52,927 nucleotides of DNA from a virus (Duplodnaviria > Caudoviricetes), in IMG/VR virus record IMGVR_UViG_3300038330_000053, positions 1 to 52,927 of that record. One strand, written 5' to 3'. Below are positions 24,825 through 35,734 of the stretch, one piece after another. A program made the translations under genes and the position numbers. A model generated the notes under the pieces. The model was not told the DNA's origin. It saw nothing but the letters and a program-made list of their open reading frames with translations, and did not search any database. Positions within the stretch are counted from its first letter, which is position 1; each line of letters starts with the position of its first letter.

Positions 24825-25550
24825 ATGTGGCGCGCCGTCCTCGCGCTCACCGCCCTGCTGGCCACGGCCGCCCCGGCCCAGGCCGCCCTCATCACCACGT
24901 GGTCAGCGGACCTGGACGCCACGTTCGACACGGCCGCGCCCGTCTTCCGGGCGGGGGACGGCACGCCCACCGTGACGCCCAAGCTGATCGAGTGGGGCAC
25001 GACGGCCATCTCCTCTCTGTCCCTAGGTGACGCGCAGACGGGCGTCGAGATCATCACCAACGGCACAGCGGTGCCGGGCGTGCCGCTCACCCACGTCAAC
25101 AACGTGCTCAGTGCGAGCGATGCCTCGCTGGCGCGGGGGACCATCGCGCTCTCGGTCGATCTCACGTCGGTGCCGCCCGGCGCGACGCACCTCCTGTCGT
25201 TTGACCGGATCATCGAGTTCATCGAGACGCCCAATGCGGCCGTGCCGTGCGCCGCTGGCGACCCGAACCCCTGCGACGACTTCCTCGTGTTCTCGGCCCC
25301 GAACCCCGAGGCGTCCCAGTTCGTCATCGATGGCGTCCAGTACACGCTGGAGGTGAGCCTCGACGGCCTGACGACGCTGTCCGACAGCGCGTGCGCGACC
25401 CTCGGCTTCGCCTCGGGCTGTCGCGGGCTCATCACCGTTGAAGACGCCACGAATGTGTTCACACCGGACATCCGCATCACGGCGGTGGCCGTCTCGGCCA
25501 CGACGCCGTTCACCCTGGTGGCCGCGCTCATCGCGTGGCTCATCAGCTAG
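24825..25550 (+). CDS. Exported THxN-motif surface protein (PEP-CTERM-associated type) with degenerate C-terminal anchor
   Basis: Signal peptide ...APAQA; IEWG; LTHVNN; FIETPN; PCDD; TVEDATN; hydrophobic C-terminus. Confidence 0.7.
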   Translation: MWRAVLALTALLATAAPAQAALITTWSADLDATFDTAAPVFRAGDGTPTVTPKLIEWGTTAISSLSLGDAQTGVEIITNGTAVPGVPLTHVNNVLSASDASLARGTIALSVDLTSVPPGATHLLSFDRIIEFIETPNAAVPCAAGDPNPCDDFLVFSAPNPEASQFVIDGVQYTLEVSLDGLTTLSDSACATLGFASGCRGLITVEDATNVFTPDIRITAVAVSATTPFTLVAALIAWLIS

Positions 25551-25558
25551 GAGGCCCT

Positions 25559-26149
25559 ATGGCCCAATCGTTCTTCGTGACGCTTAGCCCCGCCGGGTAC
25601 CCCCAGTACCCCAACCTGTTCGTGGCACGTGTGCTGGAGGGCTTCTCGCCGGGCAGCCCCCCGCCGCGCCCGCAACCGGGCCCGCTGCCGCCGTACATCG
25701 ATAACACCCTGCCCGGTCTGCCGCCGTACATCGACAACACGCTCCCAGGCCTGCCCCCGTACATCGATAACACGCTGCCGGGGCTGCCACCCTACATCGA
25801 CAACACGCTGCCGCAGCCGCCGCCGGTCATCAGCGGCGGACCTGGCTGGCTTCCGCAGCCGCCCCCGCGCCCCACGCATCCCATCATGCTGCCGGGGATG
25901 CCGGGCTGGGGCGGAGGCCCCATCGGGCCGCCAACGCTGCCGCCCAACTGGCCCCTGCCGGGACCGGGTGAGCCGGGCAGCCCGTCGAACCCGCACCCGC
26001 CGGGCAGCGGCGCGCCCCCGAGTTCCGAGGAGGGTGGCGTCTTCTACATCTATCGCCCCGATGGGTCGGGGTTCTACGGGCCCTATCCCGTGCCCGAACC
26101 GCCGCCGGTCGTGGACAACACGCTGCCGGTGCCGCCGCAAGCTCCGTAG
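25559..26149 (+). CDS. Proline-rich repeat protein
   Basis: AGGAGG RBS; LPPYIDNTLPG repeats. Confidence 0.75.
   Translation: MAQSFFVTLSPAGYPQYPNLFVARVLEGFSPGSPPPRPQPGPLPPYIDNTLPGLPPYIDNTLPGLPPYIDNTLPGLPPYIDNTLPQPPPVISGGPGWLPQPPPRPTHPIMLPGMPGWGGGPIGPPTLPPNWPLPGPGEPGSPSNPHPPGSGAPPSSEEGGVFYIYRPDGSGFYGPYPVPEPPPVVDNTLPVPPQAP
25685..25816 (+). repeat. Four tandem 33-bp coding repeats (LPPYIDNTLPG/Q)
   Basis: Read directly; differences are almost all synonymous. Confidence 0.9.
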
Positions 26150-26162
26150 CGGTTAGCGGGTC

Positions 26163-29100
26163 GTGCCGGTTCACCACCGCAAGGTGAGCCCCGCCCCGCC
26201 CGTGGGCGGGCCGAACACCGTCACCACGGCCGACTGGAACGATGCGCTGGTCGGCCTGGGTGGCGGTGACGGCCTGCCCCTGGTGCGCAAGGCGGCGCAC
26301 GCCGACGGCATGGACTTCGCCGCCACGGCGGCGGAGGTCCGCGACACCCTCGACGTGTACGCGCAGGCCGAGGTGGACGCCCTGCTCGCCGCCGTCGAGA
26401 CGACGCCAGGTCCGCCGGGTCCGCAGGGCCCCGCAGGCGTGGAGGGCCCCGCCGGGCCCGCAGGGGCGGACGGCGCAACGGGCGCGCAGGGGCCGACCGG
26501 CGCGACAGGTCCAGCGGGCGCAGACGGCGCGGCGGGCGCAGACGGGGCGACGGGCCCCGCTGGCCCCACGGGCGCGACCGGCGCGGAGGGCCCGCAGGGC
26601 GTGCAGGGCGTGCCGGGCGACGTGGGCGCGACGGGCCCCGAGGGCCCTGCTGGCCCGACCGGCCCCGAAGGTCCACAGGGCCCCGCCGGCACGGGCATCA
26701 ACATCCAGGGCGAGGTCCCCACGGTCGGCGACTTGCCGACCGGCGCAGCGCCCGGTGACGCCTGGGTCATCGCGGAGACGGGCGACCTCTGGCAGTGGAC
26801 GGGCACGGAGTGGGTGAACCTCGGCCAGATCGTGGGTCCAGCGGGCCCGCCCGGCGCGACCGGGCCGACCGGCCCCGAGGGACCGCAGGGCCCGACGGGG
26901 GCCACGGGAGCGGCGGGGCCGCAGGGCGTGCAGGGTGTGGCCGGCACGCCGGGTGACACCGGGGCCACCGGGCCGGCGGGTCCCGAGGGCCCGGCGGGCG
27001 CCACGGGGGCGACCGGGGCCACGGGGGCGACTGGGGCCACCGGGGACACGGGCCCGCAGGGCCCGCAGGGCATCCAGGGTGTGCCGGGGGCGACGGGCGC
27101 GACGGGACCGGCCGGCGCCGACTCCACGGTGCCGGGACCGGCGGGTCCGGCGGGTGCGGAGGGCCCGACGGGTCCCACTGGCGCAACGGGCGCACAGGGG
27201 GCTCCGGGTCCGCCGGGCCCCGAGGGTCCGATGGGGCCCGAAGGGCCGCAGGGGCCGGCGGGCGAAGGGGCCGACGTGGACGTGGTGTGGGTGGGGCCCG
27301 AGGCCCCGACCGACGCCGACACGGAACTGTGGGCCGACACCGATGCGGCGCTGCCCGCCGAGACACGGATCGGCCACTGGGTCGCCGCGGATGCGGCCGG
27401 CGCGGGGACGACGCTCCCGGATCGCTCGCCGAGCGCGGCGCACGGCACGCTCACGGCGGGCTGTACGTGGGGCACGGTGGGCGCGGGCGAGGCGGCGCTC
27501 CGGTGTCCGGGCAGCGATCACGCCGCCGTCGCCGACCACGCGCGCTGGACGCTGGGCGACTTCACGCTGACCATGCGCGTGCTGTTCCACAGCGTGACGG
27601 GCCAGCCCGGGCTCCTCGCCCACAGCGCCGGGAGTGGAGCCGTCGCGAAATGGGTCTGGAACTACCGCTATGCGGGCGGCGGGTCGGCGGATCGGCTCGC
27701 CGTGCATACGAGCGGTCCCTACGCGACCGGGGCCGCGCGGACGCTGACCGCGGGGGTCGTCTACGCGCTCGGGGTCAAGCGCAGCGGCTCCACGTGGACG
27801 TTCTACGCCAACGGCGCGACCGATGGCACCACCACGGCCGCGGGGGCGCTGTCGGACGTGGCCCAGCCGCTGCGGATCGGGTGGGGCGGCGAGACCTTCT
27901 TCGACGGCGATGTGTCGGTCGTGGCGTGCCGCATGGACGCCACGGCGCTGAGCGACGCGGCGGTCCTCGGCATCCTCGCCCAGCCCGACCTCGCCAATCC
28001 ACCGGCCCCGATTGTCCTCAAGGTCAAGGTCGATGATGCGTGGGCGCTCGCAACCGGCGTCACCGGCCCAGCCGGCGCCACAGGCGCCACCGGCCCGACG
28101 GGCGCAACCGGGGCGACCGGCCCGACCGGCGCGACGGGCGCGGCCGGTCCCGGTGTGCCCGCGGGCGGCGCGACCGACACGATCCTGACGAAGGCGAGCG
28201 CGGCCGACTACGCGACCGTGTGGGACAACACGCTGAACATCGCGTCGGTCTACGCATCAGGCACGGTGGACGGCAACTTCCTGAACAGCCGTACCGGCAT
28301 TACCCAGGCCAAGCACAGTTGGCTCTATGGAGGAGATGTTGCGCTTATCGCGGCTGGTGGCGGGGGCGCCGGCACCGTTATTTATGTCGGTGGTGGCGCT
28401 GGCACACTCATTCAACTGAGCCTCCCCGTCACCGCGAGCAGCACGATTTACGCCACCGGCATCATCAGCACGGGCGGCGACTTCCGGATGCCCCAGAGCG
28501 CGTACCTGTACAGCGGCGCGCGGGGCATGATCACGTTCGACGGCACGTACACCGTGATGAATGGGCCGACCTACCACAACGGGACGTTCGGGGCGACCGG
28601 CAAGATCAACTCGAATGGTGAGCTTGAGGCCGGAAGCCACATCCGAATGCCGCAAGGCTATTCCCTCTATGGCGGCGCGCGGGCATTGATTGCCTTCGAC
28701 GGCACATACACGACCATTGGCGGGCCTGCCATTGTGGGCACGTCGCTCTCGGTCAGCACGACCCTGTACGTCGGGAACACGGCGACCATCCAGAACGGCC
28801 TTGACGTGGGCAGCCTCTACAACCGAGGAAACGCCACCCTCGTGTCCGGGGCCAACTTCCAGTGGGGATCGGGCTACATCCTCGCGCTGGAGTCGGCCGG
28901 TCAAATCTATGCCGTGCGTAACGGGAACACGTACTTCAATGACCTCGGCGGCTGGAGCGAGTTTTGCGGGGCCGTCACCTTCCGCAGCACCGTGACCCAC
29001 TGGACCGACCGCACCTTCCAGGGCTCGAACGGCCTGTGGATCGCGTACGTGCGGAGCAGCCCACCCGAAATCCTCTACGCGTACAACGCCAACTGTCGCT

Positions 29101-29507
29101 TCAACGAGAGTGCGGGCGTCACGTCGTTCCACTCGACGGTCCACTTTCCGGCCGGCGCGAACATGTATACGGACGGGGGGCTGCGCTGCAACGGCGTCTA
29201 CAACCTCATCGGCGGGGCATGGTACACGCACCCGGACTACGTCTTCGAGCACGCCTACACGGGCCGCATCGAGTTGTTCAAGGACGCGCCGGGGGCCCGC
29301 AGCTACACCGGCCTGCGCCCGCTCGCGGAGGTGGAGGCGTACACCCGCGAGCACTGGCGCCTGCCGGACCACGTACGCGACGGCCAGTACGAGGTGTTCC
29401 GGCGTGGCGACGAGACACTGGCCGAGGTCGAGCGAATTTACCTTTACTGTTTTGACTTCAATCGGCGCATCGAAGCCCTGGAGGCCCATGCCAAATCGGC
29501 GCGTTGA
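26163..29507 (+). CDS. Collagen-like tail fibre with LamG-like domain and C-terminal chaperone-like domain
   Basis: Long G-X-Y runs; FTLTMRV...WTFYANG...LRIG; PDYVFE...LAEVEAY...LP...VERIYLY coil. Confidence 0.85.
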   Translation: MPVHHRKVSPAPPVGGPNTVTTADWNDALVGLGGGDGLPLVRKAAHADGMDFAATAAEVRDTLDVYAQAEVDALLAAVETTPGPPGPQGPAGVEGPAGPAGADGATGAQGPTGATGPAGADGAAGADGATGPAGPTGATGAEGPQGVQGVPGDVGATGPEGPAGPTGPEGPQGPAGTGINIQGEVPTVGDLPTGAAPGDAWVIAETGDLWQWTGTEWVNLGQIVGPAGPPGATGPTGPEGPQGPTGATGAAGPQGVQGVAGTPGDTGATGPAGPEGPAGATGATGATGATGATGDTGPQGPQGIQGVPGATGATGPAGADSTVPGPAGPAGAEGPTGPTGATGAQGAPGPPGPEGPMGPEGPQGPAGEGADVDVVWVGPEAPTDADTELWADTDAALPAETRIGHWVAADAAGAGTTLPDRSPSAAHGTLTAGCTWGTVGAGEAALRCPGSDHAAVADHARWTLGDFTLTMRVLFHSVTGQPGLLAHSAGSGAVAKWVWNYRYAGGGSADRLAVHTSGPYATGAARTLTAGVVYALGVKRSGSTWTFYANGATDGTTTAAGALSDVAQPLRIGWGGETFFDGDVSVVACRMDATALSDAAVLGILAQPDLANPPAPIVLKVKVDDAWALATGVTGPAGATGATGPTGATGATGPTGATGAAGPGVPAGGATDTILTKASAADYATVWDNTLNIASVYASGTVDGNFLNSRTGITQAKHSWLYGGDVALIAAGGGGAGTVIYVGGGAGTLIQLSLPVTASSTIYATGIISTGGDFRMPQSAYLYSGARGMITFDGTYTVMNGPTYHNGTFGATGKINSNGELEAGSHIRMPQGYSLYGGARALIAFDGTYTTIGGPAIVGTSLSVSTTLYVGNTATIQNGLDVGSLYNRGNATLVSGANFQWGSGYILALESAGQIYAVRNGNTYFNDLGGWSEFCGAVTFRSTVTHWTDRTFQGSNGLWIAYVRSSPPEILYAYNANCRFNESAGVTSFHSTVHFPAGANMYTDGGLRCNGVYNLIGGAWYTHPDYVFEHAYTGRIELFKDAPGARSYTGLRPLAEVEAYTREHWRLPDHVRDGQYEVFRRGDETLAEVERIYLYCFDFNRRIEALEAHAKSAR

Positions 29508-29970
29508 CCTTGAGACTGTGTTCTGGGGCCGGGTTGATCGTTCAGCAGGCCCGACAGCCTGTTGGCCGTGGTGCGGCGGCGTGAGCAGCACTGGATATGG
29601 TCAGTGGCACAACGGGACGTTGCGCGCAGGCGAGGGACGTAAGCCCCTGAGTGCCCCACGCGCGGCGTTGATGTACAGCGGTACGGACTGCGCGGGGTGG
29701 TCGGTGCTGCATCGCTGTGACAATCGTCTGTGCTGCAATCCCGCCCACCTGTACCTCGGCACGCAGGCTGACAACATGCATGACCGGATCGCCCACGGGG
29801 CCGGATACGCGCAGGGCGAGAAGCATCACGCGGCGAAATTCACGACGGAGGACATCCAGCGGATTCGGCAGAGCACGTGGTCGCGCCGCACCTTGGCCGC
29901 AATCTTCGGCACGGCCCCGACCTATATCGACCAGATTCGTCGTGGTGCGACCTGGGCCGCGACGCCATGA
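29488..29970 (+). CDS. HNH homing endonuclease
   Basis: [40 protein letters not shown]; C-terminal HTH; GGAGG RBS. Confidence 0.92.
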   Translation: MPNRRVDLETVFWGRVDRSAGPTACWPWCGGVSSTGYGQWHNGTLRAGEGRKPLSAPRAALMYSGTDCAGWSVLHRCDNRLCCNPAHLYLGTQADNMHDRIAHGAGYAQGEKHHAAKFTTEDIQRIRQSTWSRRTLAAIFGTAPTYIDQIRRGATWAATP

Positions 29971-30149
29971 ACGCTGAGGCCCACCTCCGAAATGAGGTAG
30001 GATCGCTCGTATCGCAGATGCTGTTCCAGATCGCGGTGCTCAAGGCCGAGATCGACGCGCTCAAGGAGGCGGCGGGTGCTCGCGACGGAACCGAGCCCGG
30101 TGGTGGACGCCCCGTCCCCACGGGCGCTCGTCCCGGCGTTTCAGAGTGA
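29967..30149 (+). CDS. Small coiled-coil protein
   Basis: ATGA coupling. Confidence 0.55.
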   Translation: MNAEAHLRNEVGSLVSQMLFQIAVLKAEIDALKEAAGARDGTEPGGGRPVPTGARPGVSE

Positions 30150-30251
30150 CGGCGGGTTCCAACTCGCGGAGCAGGCTGGCTACCAGACGCAGTCGTTCGG
30201 GGAGCCTGAGCCCGGCGAGGAGCCGTACCGTCGGTGGAGGAGGGCCCAAGC

Positions 30252-30824
30252 ATGGCATCGCCGAAGCAGCCTGTAGCACCCGCACCCCCGGTCGTGCCGC
30301 CCAGGCCGCTTGTGCCGGCTGCACCGCCAACGCCGGCCTGGCGCTCAGCGCACAGCGCGGCCGTCAACGCGCTCGCGTTCCTGGAGCCGCTCGTCGCGCT
30401 GCGGGACGCGCTCGCCCCGCTCGCGGACGCCAGCGGCGACCTGTCGGCGCGCGAGACCACGCTGCAGGCGCTGGACGCAGCGCTCGCGGCCCGGAAGGAG
30501 CAGATCGCCGCCGCTGACGCCGCGATCACGACGGCCACGGCGAACACGGACGCCCGCATCGTGGCGCTCCGCGAGTCCGCCGTCACCGCGAAGCAGGCGG
30601 TGGACCGGGAGGTGGCGGCGCATCGGGCCGCCGCCCAGATCGAGCGCGCCAAGGTCACGGAGGCGGTGCGCGCCGAGGAGGACGCCGCCGCGAAGGTGCG
30701 GGCCGGGCTCGCGGCCGAGATCACGCGCCTGCGGGGCGAGGTCCAGACGCTGGAGACGCGCAAGCAGGTGGTGGAGCGGGGCCTGGCCGACGTGGCCGCC
30801 ACGCTGACGGCGGGGAGAGCGTGA
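30252..30824 (+). CDS. Ala-rich coiled-coil protein
   Basis: GGAGGAGG RBS; heptad pattern. Confidence 0.7.
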   Translation: MASPKQPVAPAPPVVPPRPLVPAAPPTPAWRSAHSAAVNALAFLEPLVALRDALAPLADASGDLSARETTLQALDAALAARKEQIAAADAAITTATANTDARIVALRESAVTAKQAVDREVAAHRAAAQIERAKVTEAVRAEEDAAAKVRAGLAAEITRLRGEVQTLETRKQVVERGLADVAATLTAGRA

Positions 30825-31105
30825 TGGCGAACTCGCTGGGCGGGACTGCGTGGGCGCTGGACACGGCGGGTGTCATCACGACGGATCGGGTGCGGTGCAA
30901 CCTGCGGTGGGTCGGCAGCACCACGGCGGGCCACCTCTGCACCATCGCGAACAACGCGGGACGGGTCGTGTGGTCGTCGGCCGCCGCCGGGGCGAACAAC
31001 GTGGAGTCCGACCTCCTCAACGCGAACCCGCGCGCGCCCTACCAGTTCGATGGCTTCAACCTGACGGCGATTGGCAGTGGCATCCTCTACGTCGAAATCT
31101 TGTAG
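30824..31105 (+). CDS. Small beta-rich putative virion protein
   Basis: TGATG coupling; ends GSGILYVEIL. Confidence 0.65.
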   Translation: MANSLGGTAWALDTAGVITTDRVRCNLRWVGSTTAGHLCTIANNAGRVVWSSAAAGANNVESDLLNANPRAPYQFDGFNLTAIGSGILYVEIL

Positions 31106-31122
31106 CCGCTAAGGAGATGACC

Positions 31123-31290
31123 GTGGCAGAGAGCCAGAAGTCAGTTCACGTCGTGTCGTCCACGATGCCCAAGGCCCCTGGCAAGACCGGCGAGCACTGC
31201 CGCGCCTACGTGACCGCGCCGCCTCGGCTCGGGCGCAACGTCAGCGGCCAGTCCAAGAAGGGCCTGGGGACCCCGAACCATGGCCGCTAA
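31123..31290 (+). CDS. Small basic peptide (AESQKSVH...)
   Basis: AAGGAG RBS before GTG 31123. Confidence 0.55.
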   Translation: MAESQKSVHVVSSTMPKAPGKTGEHCRAYVTAPPRLGRNVSGQSKKGLGTPNHGR

Positions 31291-31402
31291 GCCCAAGCCG
31301 CCGCCGTTCGGCAAGAAGGGGGCCGCGCCGCCGTTCGGCAAGAAGCCGGCGGGCGGCAAGATGCCGCCGGGGAAGCCGGCGAAGGGCGGGAAGCCCTACT
31401 GA
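31280..31402 (+). CDS. 40-aa Lys/Pro/Gly peptide MAAKPKPPPFGKKGAAPPFGKKPAGGKMPPGKPAKGGKPY (not in ORF track)
   Basis: Hand-translated; fills the gap; all Lys codons AAG; PPFGKK duplicated. Confidence 0.6.
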   Translation: MAAKPKPPPFGKKGAAPPFGKKPAGGKMPPGKPAKGGKPY

Positions 31403-31404
31403 CC

Positions 31405-33174
31405 GTGACGACGCACTATCCGCTCCCGGCGGCGGACGCGGCGTACCTGCCCGACGAGGCGGCGTTCCTCACGGGCGAGGACGCGGCCCGTTTCCGGGAC
31501 ATGTTCGAGCCCTTCGTCGTGGCCGGCGGGACGCACGCGCCGGGCGCGGGCCTGACGCACACGCCGGACCCGCTCACCGCGTACCCCGCCGGCATCTACA
31601 CCGTGGAGACGGCGTCCCTCACCTACGAGAACGCCGTCACGACCTGGGTCATCTGCGACGCCGCCACGACCGGCAACAGCGGCAGCTACGTGCGGGTGCC
31701 CGGCACGCACTACCTCACCGCGATCAGCGGCGTGCAGCCGGCGGTGCCGGCGACGGCGTGTCCGCTGATGGGCGTGACGACGGGTGGGGGCTCCGTCACG
31801 GCCGTGCAGGATCTCCGGCTCCTGGGGCCCGTGCAGCGCCTCGCGCTCCGGGGCGTGGTCTTTAGCGGCTACTACGCCACGCTTCAGGAGGCCATCGACG
31901 CGCTGCCGACCGAGGGCGGGACGGTGTTCGTGGAGCCCGGCACCTACACGCTATCCACCACGCTGACCCTCGGCAATGGGAGCGCGGCCGGGGCCAGCAC
32001 GCGGCGGGGCGTGGCGCTCAAGGGCGTGGCGGGCGGCGGCACCGCGTTGAGCGTGCTCCAGTGGGTGGGCGGGGCCGCGCCGGTCGTGCAGGTGCGCGGG
32101 CCGCTGATCGGCTGGACCATCGAGAACCTCTACATCGATGGCGCGGGCGTGGCCACGGTCGGCGTGGACGTGGTGAGCGCGAAGTACGGCCGCCTGGAGC
32201 ACGTGGAGATCCACGGCTGCCAGGTCGCGGGGCTCCGCCTCACGTCGGTCACGACCGTGTCGGACGCCGCCATCAGCCAGCACAATCACATCGCCAACCT
32301 CTTCATCAACGCGGCGGGCGACGCCGGCATCGAGGTGGACGGCGCGGCCGAGGCCACGGCCTCGATGTACAACACGTTCGACACCCTCAACGTCAACGTG
32401 ACGGGCAACGGCATCGGCCTGCGCCTGGGGTGCGCCCTCAACAACACGTTCACCGCGTGCCGCATCAACGACGCGGGCGGGGCGACGGGCTCGATTCACT
32501 TCGCCTACGACAACGGGGGGAGCGCGCTCCGGCCGGCGGGCAACGTGTTCGTCAACCTGGAGACGGGCGGCGTGCCCATGACGCAGTCGGGCGATCCGAC
32601 GAATGGCCTGCCGCCCAACCTGATGCTGGGGATGTCGCCGGCCGGGCTCATGGTCATCCCGGACATTGACGGCCTCGCCCTCATCTTCGTGGAGGAGTCC
32701 ACGGGCGACCTGTACCTCCTCGCCTCCCAGAACCCGACCAACGGCATCGCGCCGGTCGGCAACGTGGTCGTGGGCCAGGTCACGGGCCAGGTCCGCCACT
32801 TCGTGCCCGCCATCGACGGCGTGGCGTCGCTCGGGACGCCCACGCTCCGGTGGCACCGCCTCCATACGACCGGCGGCATCTCCACGGGCATCGCGACCGT
32901 CGCGACGAGCGGGACGCTGAACGACGGTCACCACGTGGTGCTGGTGGACGCGGCGGCCGGTTCCGTCGATATCACGTTGCCGCCGCCCGTCGGGATCACC
33001 GGCACGGTCTACATCGTCAAGAAGGTGGATGCGTCCGCGAACGCCGTCACGGTCCACACCACCGGGGCCGAGACCATCGACGGCGCGGCGACGACCGTCC
33101 TGGCCGCCCAGTGGGACGCGATCCACGTCGTGACCGACGGGCTCAACTGGTTCATTGCCGGGATCGGACCCTGA
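31405..33174 (+). CDS. Tailspike with pectin-lyase-like beta-helix
   Basis: TLQEAIDALPTEGGTVFVEPGTY; Asn-ladder repeats; C-terminal ITLP...YIVKKVD...TIDG module. Confidence 0.85.
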   Translation: MTTHYPLPAADAAYLPDEAAFLTGEDAARFRDMFEPFVVAGGTHAPGAGLTHTPDPLTAYPAGIYTVETASLTYENAVTTWVICDAATTGNSGSYVRVPGTHYLTAISGVQPAVPATACPLMGVTTGGGSVTAVQDLRLLGPVQRLALRGVVFSGYYATLQEAIDALPTEGGTVFVEPGTYTLSTTLTLGNGSAAGASTRRGVALKGVAGGGTALSVLQWVGGAAPVVQVRGPLIGWTIENLYIDGAGVATVGVDVVSAKYGRLEHVEIHGCQVAGLRLTSVTTVSDAAISQHNHIANLFINAAGDAGIEVDGAAEATASMYNTFDTLNVNVTGNGIGLRLGCALNNTFTACRINDAGGATGSIHFAYDNGGSALRPAGNVFVNLETGGVPMTQSGDPTNGLPPNLMLGMSPAGLMVIPDIDGLALIFVEESTGDLYLLASQNPTNGIAPVGNVVVGQVTGQVRHFVPAIDGVASLGTPTLRWHRLHTTGGISTGIATVATSGTLNDGHHVVLVDAAAGSVDITLPPPVGITGTVYIVKKVDASANAVTVHTTGAETIDGAATTVLAAQWDAIHVVTDGLNWFIAGIGP

Positions 33175-33178
33175 GCCC

Positions 33179-33553
33179 ATGCCCCAGGTCACGGTGACGG
33201 TGCTCGTGGAGGTGGATGGCCAGCCGGTGAGCGGCTTTCCGCTCACCACGCGCCTGCAGACGGACCAGGTGGTGCCCTGGAACCCCGTCTGGCACCTCGC
33301 GGACGCCCCTGGCACCTACGTAGCGGTCCCCGCGCCGACCATCGAGGGCCTCAAAGCGCTGATTCTGCGGCCCGACGCCGCGATTAGCGTGCGATTTGCC
33401 GCTCAGAGCGACGCCGGGCTCACGATTGGGCCGCATGGCCTGCTCATCGCGCTCGATTGTGACGTGACGACGGGCGCGGAGACCAACGCGAGCGTGTCGG
33501 CGGCCGCTGACACGGCCATCCGGGGCCTCGCGGCGGGCGTGAGCGAGGTCTAG
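33179..33553 (+). CDS. Beta-rich putative virion protein
   Basis: Fits between the spike and portal genes. Confidence 0.6.
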   Translation: MPQVTVTVLVEVDGQPVSGFPLTTRLQTDQVVPWNPVWHLADAPGTYVAVPAPTIEGLKALILRPDAAISVRFAAQSDAGLTIGPHGLLIALDCDVTTGAETNASVSAAADTAIRGLAAGVSEV

Positions 33554-33555
33554 AC

Positions 33556-35502
33556 GTGCGTCTGGTCGAAAAACACCCCGGACGCGAGGCCGCGACCCTC
33601 CAATTCACCCAGGAAAACCTCGAAAAGCTCAATGCGTGGCTCACCCGCGAGATCGAGGACGCGCTGAGCGCGCGCGCGGCCCAGGAAACCGCCTGGCGCG
33701 AGGATCTGGCCGCCTACGAGGGCGTCCCCAAGAACCCGGTCATCAACTTTCCGGTCCAGAACGCCCCCAACACGGTCATCACGCTCGGCGCGATTGCGAC
33801 GGACTCGATTTACTCGCAGGCGCTTGATCTGATGTTCACGGTGAGCCCGCCAGTGACCGCGCGGGCGGTCCAGGGGCGCGCGACGGACGCCGTGATGGGC
33901 TTGCAGCGCCTGATCGACTGGGGCGTCAAGAACGAGTGGGGCCTGGAGTTGGCCGCCGAGCACTCGGTGCTCGATGACGTGCAACTCGGCACCGGGGTCT
34001 TCTACATTCCGTTCGTGGAGGAGCGCAAGAAGACCAAGACCCACAAGTCCACGTCCCGGCACCCCCTGATCCAGACCGTGCCCGTGGAAGACCTCCTGGT
34101 GCCGGGCGGAGCCATGGGCGACGTGCAGAAGACGCGGTGGGCGGCCCTCCGCTTCTGGTACACGCAGGGCGAACTCCACGACCGGGCGCGCGGCGAGAAG
34201 TGGTGGTCCGTGGACGGCATGTTGCCGACCGGCAGCATCGGCTGGATGCGCACCCGCCGGGAGGTCCTTGGCCGCACGAGTTCCGGCACGAGAGTGTCGG
34301 AACTCTACGAGGTGTTTCGGATCTGGATCTACTGGGACATCGACGGGGACGGCTACGACGAAGATCTGCAGGTGATCTGGGACCGCACGAGCCGCACGCT
34401 CCTCCGGGTGAGCTATAACCCCTACGACTACCGGCCCATCGAGATCATGCGCTACCAGATCCGGGCCCACCTGTTCTACGGGCTCGGCGTGATGGCGATG
34501 GCGCGCCCCTACCAGGAAGAGACGACCATCGTCCACAACCAGCGTGTCCTGAACATGCTGCTGGCGAACGCCCGGATCTGGAAAGGACGGGAGACCACGG
34601 TCCCCGAGACGCTGACGATCTGGCCCGGCAAGGTCATCACGATGGCCGACCCGGCCGACCTGGCGTCCGAGGCGATGGCGGACGTGTATCCGTCAAGCCT
34701 CCAGGCGGAGCAGGTGACCATCAGCCTGGCTGAGCGCCGGTTAGGGATCAATGATCTCTCCATGCCGCGTCCGTCCGCCGTGATGGGGAGTCGGACGCCC
34801 GGCATCACAGCGCTCAGCCTCCTCCAGCAGATCTCCAAGCGGTTCACGGCGGCGTTCAACCAGATGCGTAACGGCGCGGCCCGCTCCGTGCGCCAGTGCC
34901 TCTACCGCTACCAGGAACGGCTCCTGGCGGGGGACCGTGAGGTGGAGGCCCACCTCTACCGCATCCTGGACGACGACGCGCCGGCCGTCATCGCGCTCCT
35001 GCGCGACCCGGAGTTCGATGAGGCGATTAGCGTGGAGCTAACCGCTAGCTCCGCGAGCGTGAACCGCGACGCTGACCGCCAGAACGCCATCATGCTGGTC
35101 CAGTTGCTGGGCCAGTACTACCAGCGCACCCTGGAGCTTGTGAGCATCGCGGCGAACCCGCAGACGCCGCCCGCCGTGCGCAACGTGGCGGAGAAGATCG
35201 CGGAGGCGGCCGGCAAGATCATCGAGCGGACGATCCGGACGTTCGACGTGATCCGCGACCCCAGCACGTTCATCCTGGACGTGGAGGAGGAGTTGGATCA
35301 GATCCAGGGCCTGTCGGCCGAGGGAATGCTCGGCCTGAACAACATCATGGGGCAGGTACTCCAGACGGCCGGCGGGGCGATGCAGCCCGGTGGCGCGCCC
35401 GCTGCAGCCCAGGGGATGTCAGGTGGTCCAGCTATGGCTGCCGCTAATGGAGGGGGCCCCGCCGCCGGGGCCGGAGACGCGAACCCTGTCCCAGTGGAGT
35501 GA
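33556..35502 (+). CDS. Portal protein
   Basis: 648 aa; DDVQLGTG, FYGLGV, C-terminal Q/M/G-rich tail; upstream of scaffold and capsid. Confidence 0.85.
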   Translation: MRLVEKHPGREAATLQFTQENLEKLNAWLTREIEDALSARAAQETAWREDLAAYEGVPKNPVINFPVQNAPNTVITLGAIATDSIYSQALDLMFTVSPPVTARAVQGRATDAVMGLQRLIDWGVKNEWGLELAAEHSVLDDVQLGTGVFYIPFVEERKKTKTHKSTSRHPLIQTVPVEDLLVPGGAMGDVQKTRWAALRFWYTQGELHDRARGEKWWSVDGMLPTGSIGWMRTRREVLGRTSSGTRVSELYEVFRIWIYWDIDGDGYDEDLQVIWDRTSRTLLRVSYNPYDYRPIEIMRYQIRAHLFYGLGVMAMARPYQEETTIVHNQRVLNMLLANARIWKGRETTVPETLTIWPGKVITMADPADLASEAMADVYPSSLQAEQVTISLAERRLGINDLSMPRPSAVMGSRTPGITALSLLQQISKRFTAAFNQMRNGAARSVRQCLYRYQERLLAGDREVEAHLYRILDDDAPAVIALLRDPEFDEAISVELTASSASVNRDADRQNAIMLVQLLGQYYQRTLELVSIAANPQTPPAVRNVAEKIAEAAGKIIERTIRTFDVIRDPSTFILDVEEELDQIQGLSAEGMLGLNNIMGQVLQTAGGAMQPGGAPAAAQGMSGGPAMAAANGGGPAAGAGDANPVPVE

Positions 35503-35734
35503 ACGGCTGCGGGGGGACCGGGCGGCCCAGGACGACTTCCTGGCGTGGGTGGGACGCCGTGAGATGGAGCTTGTCGCCCGCGTGTTCAGCAGTGAAGCGC
35601 TGGACCTGGAGGCCCTTGCGCAGGCCCGGGGGGCGAAGAAAGTGCTTGACGAGTTGAGGCGCTGTGCCACCATGCAGGACCGCGAGGAGTTAGCGAATGC
35701 CCGATACCGAGCCGGAGTGGAACCCAGCGAATAG
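35447..35734 (+). CDS. Small post-portal helical protein
   Basis: QARGAKKVLDEL; typical position between portal and scaffold. Confidence 0.55.
   Translation: MEGAPPPGPETRTLSQWSERLRGDRAAQDDFLAWVGRREMELVARVFSSEALDLEALAQARGAKKVLDELRRCATMQDREELANARYRAGVEPSE
35646..35673 (+). promoter_or_regulatory. Candidate promoter TTGACG-16-(TGc)CACCAT for the scaffold/capsid genes
   Basis: -35 plus extended -10, just before the GAGGAG RBS of 35697. Confidence 0.45.

Noticed and set aside
25685-25816. CRISPR array
   Set aside because: The repeats are contiguous, have no spacers and vary at synonymous positions.
26163-33174. Diversity-generating retroelement or invertible fibre cassette
   Set aside because: No reverse transcriptase or invertase, and no near-identical template/variable repeat pair differing at adenines.
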